From IMG/VR virus record IMGVR_UViG_2609460344_000017: a stretch of 7,501 bases of DNA. One strand, 5' to 3'. The first letter of the stretch is position 1; every line of letters begins with the position of its first letter. Source of the stretch: a virus. Its lineage: Duplodnaviria; Heunggongvirae; Uroviricota; Caudoviricetes. The translations under genes were made by a program, and so were the position numbers. The notes under the pieces were generated by a model, which worked only from the letters and a program-made list of their open reading frames with translations, was not told the origin of the DNA and made no database searches. Below, piece after piece: positions 1-5,400 of this stretch.

Positions 1-396
1 GCTCCCTTTCCGGCACGTCTCATTGCCGTATCACTTCCTCCCGAAAAAGCATTAATCAGTAAAACCCGACTGCTCAGCGAGAATCGTCGAAAAGGACGAG
101 TAGTTCAGGCGGAAACGCTGGAAGCAGCGGGCCATGTGCTATTGCTAACATCATTACCGGAAGATGAATATTCAGCAGAGCAAGTGGCTGATTGTTACCG
201 TCTGCGATGGCAAATTGAACTGGCTTTTAAGCGGCTCAAAAGTTTGCTGCACCTGGATGCTTTGCGTGCAAAGGAACCTGAACTCGCGAAAGCGTGGATA
301 TTTGCTAATCTACTCGCCGCATTTTTAATTGACGACATAATCCAGCCATCGCTGGATTCCCCCCCCAGAAGTGCCGGATCCGAAAAGAAGAACTAA
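1..396 (+). CDS. insL: IS4-family DDE transposase (IS186 InsL-like), C-terminal ~131 codons; 5' end cut by the window edge
   Basis: Frame 1 has no stop from base 1 to TAA at 394-396. The translation carries the IS4-family YREK signature Y-x2-R-x3-E-x6-K (YRLRWQIELAFKRLK). The C-terminus ...PRSAGSEKKN matches what I recall of InsL. Confidence 0.85.
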   Translation, partial: APFPARLIAVSLPPEKALISKTRLLSENRRKGRVVQAETLEAAGHVLLLTSLPEDEYSAEQVADCYRLRWQIELAFKRLKSLLHLDALRAKEPELAKAWIFANLLAAFLIDDIIQPSLDSPPRSAGSEKKN

Positions 397-544
397 CTCG
401 TTGTGGAGAATAACAAAAATGGTCATCTGGAGCTTACAGGTGGCCATTCGTGGGACAGTATCCCTGACAGCCTACAAAACGCAATTGAAGAACGCGAGGC
501 ATCGTCTTAACGAGGCACCGAGGCGTCGCATTCTTCAGATGGTT

Positions 545-567
545 CAACCCTTAAGTTAGCGCTTATG
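545..567. repeat. Terminal inverted repeat of IS186 (right end)
   Basis: Exact 23-mer CAACCCTTAAGTTAGCGCTTATG, 149 bp downstream of the transposase stop. The partner copy would lie outside the window. Confidence 0.7.
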
Positions 568-589
568 GGATTCTCCCCCGCCTGGTCTC

Positions 590-745
590 TTACTCCTCAG
601 GTTCGTAAGCTGTGAAGACAGCGACCTCCGTCTGGCCGGTTCGGATTCGTACCTCGCAGAGGTCTTTCCTCGTTACCAGTGCCGTCACTATGACGGTTAA
701 ACAGATGACGATCAGGGCGATTAACATCGCCTTTTGCTGCTTCAT
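590..745 (-). CDS. hokD: Hok/Gef family type I toxin (51 aa), HokD/HokC-like
   Basis: ATG at 745-743, stop at 592-590. Translation MKQQKAMLIALIVICLTVIVTALVTRKDLCEVRIRTGQTEVAVFTAYEPEE has a single transmembrane helix and the conserved RKDLCEV...TGQTEVAVF core of Hok/Gef proteins. An AAGGAGAAG ribosome-binding site lies upstream. The paralog assignment is from memory and uncertain; the family call is firm. Confidence 0.88.
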   Translation of the reverse strand: MKQQKAMLIALIVICLTVIVTALVTRKDLCEVRIRTGQTEVAVFTAYEPEE

Positions 746-802
746 AGCCTGCTTCTCCTTGCCTTTCGGCACGTAAGAGGCTAACCTACATGTGCAAAGC
801 AT
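590..802 (-). CDS. mok-like leader reading frame (70 aa) in frame with and ending at the hok stop
   Basis: In-frame ATG at 802-800, 19 codons upstream of the hok start. This matches the way chromosomal mok frames are annotated in E. coli hok loci (recalled, not searched). In this family mok translation is required for hok translation and is the target of sok. Confidence 0.55.
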   Translation of the reverse strand: MLCTCRLASYVPKGKEKQAMKQQKAMLIALIVICLTVIVTALVTRKDLCEVRIRTGQTEVAVFTAYEPEE

Positions 803-848
803 GAAATTGGCCTCAGATTAATGTTAAGCGTCTTGCCGGACGCGTAAT
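794..848 (+). ncRNA. Putative Sok antisense RNA
   Basis: On the strand opposite hok, overlapping the mok start. Candidate sigma70 promoter TTGCCT (759-764), 17-bp spacer, TAACCT (782-787), placing the start near 794. A GC hairpin GCGTC-ttgccg-GACGC lies at 828-843. Position and length are by analogy to sok genes; the 3' end is not well defined. Confidence 0.4.
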
Positions 849-921
849 GTTAACTGGGGCTTTTCTCTATCTGCCTTTTGGTGTTCATGCCTGAGGCAGA
901 TAGCCTCAAGCACCCGCAGTA

Positions 922-950
922 ATTCTAACTATCCAATAGATCAATGCCAA
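922..950 (-). promoter_or_regulatory. Candidate promoter for the hok/mok mRNA
   Basis: On the minus strand: -35 TTGGCA (reverse complement of 945-950), 17-bp spacer, -10 TAGAAT (reverse complement of 922-927). This gives a leader of about 110 nt before the mok start, typical for hok mRNAs. Confidence 0.3.
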
Positions 951-1302
951 CTTCTTTTCCTGCAACATCTCTCATCAGAAGTGACCCAAATTCATCCAAT
1001 CAGCACAAAAGAAACATTTAAAGCGTGAATGCTACCGAACGTTCATTTCAATTACATCGTTTTGATTTTTAACAGTTTTCACCTCAACAAATCAAATGGC
1101 ATTAGCATTCATCATGGAAGAAAGACTGATAAAAATGATCATTTTCAATGACTTATGATCACACCGGGTATTGCCAAGTCATTCCTTTTACGCCAGGATA
1201 CCCACAAGTGAGTAGTCGAGGAGAGTTTGCCAATTTTTGCGATATAAATTTCAATGTCCGAAGAACCATTAATTGTTAATTGATTCTGTATAAGGTATTA
1301 AC

Positions 1303-2400
1303 ATGACAATTTCATATATTCCTATTCTGAAAGCGAAACGTTCTGAGTTATCAGCTTTATCGCAGCTATCCATTGAAAAGAAATCAAAAATTTTGCCATT
1401 ACTCGAAATTGAACCAGTGCCAATTGACCCTGATTCAGGTATTGCCTTAAAGAGTTATAACGAGACTCTTATAGAGTTCGGAAAGAAAGTCTCAAAATCT
1501 TGCTCAGATATGCAAGGTGTTTATATTGATGGATTATTAATTGAAGAGCATTTTATTTCTCCTGAAGATCATTACCCTATAATAAATGCGGTTAATCAAG
1601 TTAGAGATATGGGGATAAGAGTTATTCCTGTCAGTTCACCAACTCGCCCATCTAACTATAAAAGAGCGATTGATGAATTAATGCAGAATGAAATATGCTT
1701 GAGATTAACCACGTTAGATCTGGTTAACCCACAATTAATAACGCATTACATTAATCATCTGGGAATTCCTTTATCAAATATTGATATAATTATTGACTTA
1801 AGAGATGAGTTAACCGAGGATAAAATTAATTCCGGCGAACTATATACTTTGGCAATGGGATTGATAAACAATCTGGCGCACCTCAATGAATACAGAAAAG
1901 TGATTCTTTCTGGGGGTTCATTTCCTACAGATCTCAGTGATATTTCTGTTGGTCTATATTCTCAACCTCGAATCGAGTGGATTTTATGGCAGAGTTTAAT
2001 GAATAGAAAAGAACTTGCCAGAAATGTGATTTATAGTGATTATGGAGTACAGCACCCCGACTTTAATAGGCTTTCGACGCGATTCCCTAGCGTATCTGCC
2101 AGCGTCAGATACTCTGGAGATAATGACTTTTGGGTATTTCGAGGAAGAGTAGCTAATCGCTTTGGTTATGAACAATATGGTAAACATAGTGAGGATATTC
2201 TTGCTCATCGAGAATATTCAGGGCCTACATTCTGTGCGGGAGATAGAGACATAGAATATTATGCAAACGAGTATCAAGCCTACAAAGCCAATCCCTCTGG
2301 TAACTATAAATTTGGTAGCCCAGAGGTATGGCGTAGGATTGGGCAAAACCATCACATAACTAAGGTTGTTGAGCAACTCGCCACTCTTTACGGGCTTTAA
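1303..2400 (+). CDS. Hypothetical 365-aa protein in an AT-rich island; possibly Beta-protein (PF14350) / sce7725-like, unverified
   Basis: ATG at 1303 with AAGG ribosome-binding site 7 nt upstream; uninterrupted 1098-nt ORF. AT-rich codon usage distinct from the flanks. No Walker, HxH, HEPN or other catalytic motif recognised. The N-terminus MTISYIPILKAKRSELSAL reminds me of Beta-family proteins (recollection only). Confidence 0.8.
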   Translation: MTISYIPILKAKRSELSALSQLSIEKKSKILPLLEIEPVPIDPDSGIALKSYNETLIEFGKKVSKSCSDMQGVYIDGLLIEEHFISPEDHYPIINAVNQVRDMGIRVIPVSSPTRPSNYKRAIDELMQNEICLRLTTLDLVNPQLITHYINHLGIPLSNIDIIIDLRDELTEDKINSGELYTLAMGLINNLAHLNEYRKVILSGGSFPTDLSDISVGLYSQPRIEWILWQSLMNRKELARNVIYSDYGVQHPDFNRLSTRFPSVSASVRYSGDNDFWVFRGRVANRFGYEQYGKHSEDILAHREYSGPTFCAGDRDIEYYANEYQAYKANPSGNYKFGSPEVWRRIGQNHHITKVVEQLATLYGL

Positions 2401-2938
2401 GTTTAACTCGAACAGCTTCACGAAGCTCGCCAACATCCATACTATTGGCGAGTTTTGACCATAAGACGCGTTTAGGTTTATTTTTCAAATTCTGTAGCTC
2501 CCCTACATCACTTAATAGGGAAAGCAATTCATCTTTCCAAAGAAGCATTGTTAAGGAAAGTTTGTCCACTTGTGGATTCAACTTGCTAGTTCGAATTGTT
2601 TTTAAATGGATACCTTGCCGTGCACCTTGCGTAACTTGCTTTATCCCCCACCATGATGGAACTATGCTTAAAGCATCATAAAGATGGCAATCAGAGACAA
2701 CCAAAGTTACTTTATCCATCACTGATGAGTAATGTTGCACCTGCGCTGGTAATCTGAGCAAGTTATCACTCTTGCTCTTCAACTCATAACCATGTATAAG
2801 CCCATTGATCACTGCTATATCAGCTCTGCTAGCCCCTAGATTCATCGTAAACTCATCAATGATTAGGGTGTCAGGATCTTTATGATGATCTCTCAGAATC
2901 TTGGCATGCACAGCCTTTCTTACATCAATGTCTCTCAT
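2360..2938 (-). CDS. 192-aa PD-(D/E)xK-type (RecB/restriction-like) nuclease-fold protein; possibly sce7726-like, unverified
   Basis: ATG at 2938-2936, stop at 2362-2360. Translation contains IIDEF ... SRADIAVINGLIHGYELKS, i.e. acidic residue, then hydrophobic-strand Asp, then E-x-K about 12 residues later, the classic PD-(D/E)xK arrangement. The ribosome-binding site is weak. Its 3' end overlaps the 3' end of the 365-aa gene by 41 bp. Confidence 0.75.
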   Translation of the reverse strand: MRDIDVRKAVHAKILRDHHKDPDTLIIDEFTMNLGASRADIAVINGLIHGYELKSKSDNLLRLPAQVQHYSSVMDKVTLVVSDCHLYDALSIVPSWWGIKQVTQGARQGIHLKTIRTSKLNPQVDKLSLTMLLWKDELLSLLSDVGELQNLKNKPKRVLWSKLANSMDVGELREAVRVKLKARKEWRVAQQP

Positions 2939-2970
2939 ACCATAGTTGCGCTTTCATCGACTCTCTCAAG

Positions 2971-2989
2971 CCATGATTCTATATCATGG
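2971..2989. promoter_or_regulatory. Perfect 7-bp inverted repeat CCATGAT-N5-ATCATGG upstream of the 192-aa gene (candidate operator)
   Basis: Exact palindromic arms at 2971-2977 and 2983-2989, 33-51 bp upstream of the start codon at 2938. Confidence 0.3.
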
Positions 2990-3243
2990 TTCGCATGAAT
3001 GCCATTTGATATGACCAGTGGTTAAACATTGCACAGAAAAGTGGATGTGTATTTTAACAAAAGCAATGACGGCTAACCATGTTGGTATGTCGATAAAATG
3101 TTTCAACGTAAGCATTATCTGTTCCGCCCTTTCAGACGGCCTCCTGATGTTCTGAGGGTGCAGAATCCCTCCGGTTAAGGATTTAATAAAAATCGTTTCT
3201 GATTTAAATCTTCAGTATTTAGTTGTTAGTCGGTTTATAGCCT

Positions 3244-3555
3244 TTATGCTTCGGCCTTATTTCTCAGCCATACACAAACCGGGCCATCTTCGGTGTCATG
3301 TATTGAACCAATAAACCATCCATTGCCCTCTGGTCGTTCCGGTTCCCATGCAGAAATATCAGCATCACACGCATCAAGGTCAGCACATCCTTCATCTCTG
3401 AAGCAGAGGACGTATTGAAGATTATTTTCCTCCATCCAGGCGTTAAACTCTTCCGTTGAAATATATTCCCGACCGTCACAGAATTTTTCATATTCAGGAT
3501 GCGTCCAGCAGCCATATTCATCACGTACTACTGGTATTTCTTTAATTTCATTCAT
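3244..3555 (-). CDS. Hypothetical prophage protein (103 aa, acidic, Trp/Cys-containing)
   Basis: ATG at 3555-3553 with GGGAGA ribosome-binding site 7 nt upstream. Overlaps the stop of the upstream gene by 8 bp, suggesting translational coupling. Last gene of the minus-strand early operon. Confidence 0.7.
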   Translation of the reverse strand: MNEIKEIPVVRDEYGCWTHPEYEKFCDGREYISTEEFNAWMEENNLQYVLCFRDEGCADLDACDADISAWEPERPEGNGWFIGSIHDTEDGPVCVWLRNKAEA

Positions 3556-3802
3556 TTCTGTTCTCCCACGTTTTCAGACTTTCACCACAGAACGGACAAA
3601 ATGAAACCCGAACTGGTAATTTAGAAAATTCACCGGAACGCAACATCACAAAATCAGGACCGCGAGTTAAACTCTCATTCCAGATTTTGTATATCAGCAG
3701 ACCTTTTCGCATCGTGTATTCAGCATCATGCTCAAGGGACTTTGCCAGTGCTGCACATGGTTCTATCTTGTTGCCATTAACCTGGCATTTTGATTCACTC
3801 AC
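3548..3802 (-). CDS. Hypothetical prophage protein (84 aa) with one CPFC motif
   Basis: GTG start at 3802-3800 preceded by a strong GAGGAGG ribosome-binding site at 7 nt. The start overlaps the TGA stop of the upstream gene (GTGA). Confidence 0.65.
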   Translation of the reverse strand: MSESKCQVNGNKIEPCAALAKSLEHDAEYTMRKGLLIYKIWNESLTRGPDFVMLRSGEFSKLPVRVSFCPFCGESLKTWENRNE

Positions 3803-4221
3803 CGCACCACCTCCTCAAAATTCCCCTGATAAAACGCCAGTACGCGCTGCATAACTTCGCTCTTCCGGCACTCGAGACAGATTATGTTCAGACGCCTGTC
3901 GTAGCGGCGTATTTCGCCATCTGGTAATGACCAGATAAGGTCCGGATCAACCGCAGATGGTTTCTTCAGCTTTGCCCTTGAGAGTTTTTTGCGGGCATTT
4001 TGCCAGTCTTTACGAGCCTGTTCAGACGGGAATAACCCGTAGCCAGAATTGTATACATCGCCACTGGCAACCAGCTCTCTGGCCAGAACGCTCATCAGAT
4101 ATCTTGTTGCCCCAGTTTTAGTTTCCAGTTGTCGTAACGTCTCGCGCCCACTCTGGCGTACGAGTTCAACAACCTGCCCTTTAATTTTTTCCCGCTCTTC
4201 TTGTGTAAAAACTTTTGCCAC
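3799..4221 (-). CDS. Hypothetical prophage protein (140 aa, basic)
   Basis: GTG start at 4221-4219 preceded by AGGAGG at 4 nt. Lies 37 bp downstream of the replication gene stop; in an operon with the two following genes. Confidence 0.65.
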   Translation of the reverse strand: MAKVFTQEEREKIKGQVVELVRQSGRETLRQLETKTGATRYLMSVLARELVASGDVYNSGYGLFPSEQARKDWQNARKKLSRAKLKKPSAVDPDLIWSLPDGEIRRYDRRLNIICLECRKSEVMQRVLAFYQGNFEEVVR

Positions 4222-4258
4222 AAGCCCTCCTGAAAATTACCCCATGACCTGAAATCTG

Positions 4259-5329
4259 TTACCCTCTGAATCCCGGCGGAATTTCGGTGTCCGGTTCAGA
4301 AATATGATTAACACAACGCTGGTTGTTCGTGCCGCTTACCGGGAGCAACCAGGGGTTTTCAAAATTCCGGTCCGGTCCAAAAAACGTCGTCGCTCGCTGA
4401 ACAAATTCCGTTCCCGTTTTCCCGGTAGCCGCCAAGTATCTTGCGTAACGCCTCACGCCATCCAGCATGGCCTCTGGTGGCACCCCCTCGCGTAATCTGG
4501 CCTTCCAGGCACTGAAAGCGGATTTCTTCGGGTTTGCCCCAGCACGCAACGGGTACTCCCGCCAGACCTGTTCGAACACATCCGGATAATCCACTCGTCC
4601 CACAGACTGCCCGGTGTTTTCCGGGACTACCCGATCGGCTTCCCGCTGAATGGCGGAATCGGCTTCGGGCTGCTGCAGTTGGTGTGATTGCTCCGGCCTT
4701 GCGGTCATCACCTGCTGCACAGCGCCCGAATCGGCTTTCAGCGCATACGCTGAATCGGCTTCCGGTGTCGTGCCTGCTGGCTGACCAAGATTGACGGTCT
4801 GAACATCCCCTGCCTGGTTCGTGGCGTTTTTTACGCCATGGACCATAGTGTTTTGATCTTCTTGATCTGTATCTTTATCTGTATCTTTATCTGTCGTGAC
4901 TCGTCGTGACATGTGCGTGACATTTCGTGACGCGCCGTGACAATCGCCATTTTGTTCCCGCTTTCTTTCCCTCTCTCGCTGCGCCCTCTTGCGCTCTGCA
5001 GGAGATTTTGCGGTTTGCGAAATATTGCCGTTGTCCTCTTTAAGCACCTGGCGTTTTTCCCATCCAGTGATTAAATCACCATCAAGTACCCGCCCCTGCA
5101 TCGTCTGCAAAATTGAATCAATTACCTCTTCTGTCACGTCGAGCGCACTTGCCAAATCTTCTGTCGTGACATCAATGTGACCTCGCGTGACATTTCGTGA
5201 CGCGCTCACCAGGAGGTGGATATACACTGCCATCACTGTTGCAATTGGCTGCCCTGACACCCTGGCAATTGTTCGCCACTTAGGGTCATTTGGCATGTCA
5301 TGCCATAATCTGAGCCAGGCGTTAGCCAT
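4259..5329 (-). CDS. Phage replication initiation / replisome-organizer protein (lambda O-like architecture), 356 aa
   Basis: ATG at 5329-5327 preceded by AGAGGTGA; an alternative in-frame GTG is at 5335. N-terminal domain, a charged low-complexity linker (TDKDTDKDTDQED, ERKRAQRERERKRE) and a C-terminal domain ending ...FEQVWREYP...KKSAFSAWKARL, which resembles conserved phage replication-protein C-termini. Iteron arrays sit inside the gene. Confidence 0.8.
   Translation of the reverse strand: MANAWLRLWHDMPNDPKWRTIARVSGQPIATVMAVYIHLLVSASRNVTRGHIDVTTEDLASALDVTEEVIDSILQTMQGRVLDGDLITGWEKRQVLKEDNGNISQTAKSPAERKRAQRERERKREQNGDCHGASRNVTHMSRRVTTDKDTDKDTDQEDQNTMVHGVKNATNQAGDVQTVNLGQPAGTTPEADSAYALKADSGAVQQVMTARPEQSHQLQQPEADSAIQREADRVVPENTGQSVGRVDYPDVFEQVWREYPLRAGANPKKSAFSAWKARLREGVPPEAMLDGVRRYARYLAATGKTGTEFVQRATTFFGPDRNFENPWLLPVSGTNNQRCVNHISEPDTEIPPGFRG
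4864..4894. repeat. AT-rich tandem repeat (GTATCTTTATCT x2 plus partial copies) adjacent to the iterons
   Basis: Exact 12-mer at 4869-4880 and 4881-4892. Encodes the TDKDTDKD linker on the minus strand. Candidate DNA-unwinding element. Confidence 0.5.
4891..4941. repeat. Iteron array 1: five tandem 10/11-bp repeats with core CGTGAC (candidate ori)
   Basis: CGTGAC at 4895, 4905, 4916, 4926 and 4936, giving a helical-turn spacing of 10-11 bp, inside the replication gene. Confidence 0.6.
5161..5201. repeat. Iteron array 2: four 10/11-bp repeats with core (C/T)GTGAC
   Basis: Cores at 5165, 5176, 5186 and 5196, plus an inverted copy GTCACG at 5133-5138. Shares exact segments CTGTCGTGAC and CATTTCGTGACGCGC with array 1. 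Confidence 0.5.
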
Positions 5330-5400
5330 ACTCACCTCTTTTGATACCGAATCTTTTTACTCACAAATTGCCGGAAGTGATCCGGTATGAATATTGCGAG

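Larger units (their letters stand above)
1..567 (+). mobile_element. IS186-type (IS4 family) insertion sequence, right-hand portion; the rest lies upstream of the window
   Basis: Transposase frame is open from base 1 to the stop at 394-396. A 23-bp sequence CAACCCTTAAGTTAGCGCTTATG at 545-567 matches my memory of the IS186 terminal inverted repeat. A GC-rich flank (GGGATTCTCCCCCGCC) follows, as expected for IS186 targets. Confidence 0.8.

Noticed and set aside
359-366. Run of eight C residues near the transposase 3' end (possible frameshift or pseudogene signal)
   Set aside because: The transposase frame reads through the run to a normal stop at 394-396 and the predicted C-terminus looks native, so there is no evidence of a frameshift. 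It remains a potential slippage-prone tract.
371-559. 62-aa ORF on the plus strand inside the IS186 3' region
   Set aside because: It overlaps the transposase stop region and runs into the terminal inverted repeat, has no ribosome-binding site and no recognisable protein features. Most likely a chance frame within the IS end.
803-1300. Expected K-12-like neighbour of a hok locus next to IS186 (the nhaA side of hokC), or a relBE pair as found upstream of hokD
   Set aside because: No such ORFs are present. The region is AT-rich, non-coding and leads into the novel cassette, so the locus context differs from the K-12 hok loci I recall.
1996-2681. Three short ORFs (1996-2208 minus, 2218-2436 minus, 2445-2681 plus) overlapping the cassette genes
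   Set aside because: They lie antisense to or out of frame with the two long, well-supported ORFs and have low-complexity, AT-driven translations. Shadow ORFs.
3154-3215. Hairpins GAGGG-N8-CCCTC (3154-3171) and the palindrome GATTTAAATC (3201-3210) as possible terminators of the prophage operon
   Set aside because: Neither has a convincing U-tract in the appropriate orientation and the second is a weak all-AT stem. Not reported as terminators.
3264-3524. 86-aa ORF on the minus strand in an alternative frame of the 103-aa gene
   Set aside because: It is entirely nested in a different frame of 3244-3555 on the same strand. The 103-aa frame has the better start context and a protein-like composition.
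4864-5205. Short regularly spaced repeats considered as a possible CRISPR array
   Set aside because: The repeat unit is only about 10-11 bp with no spacer-sized unique segments, and it lies inside a coding sequence. The pattern fits replication-origin iterons, not CRISPR.
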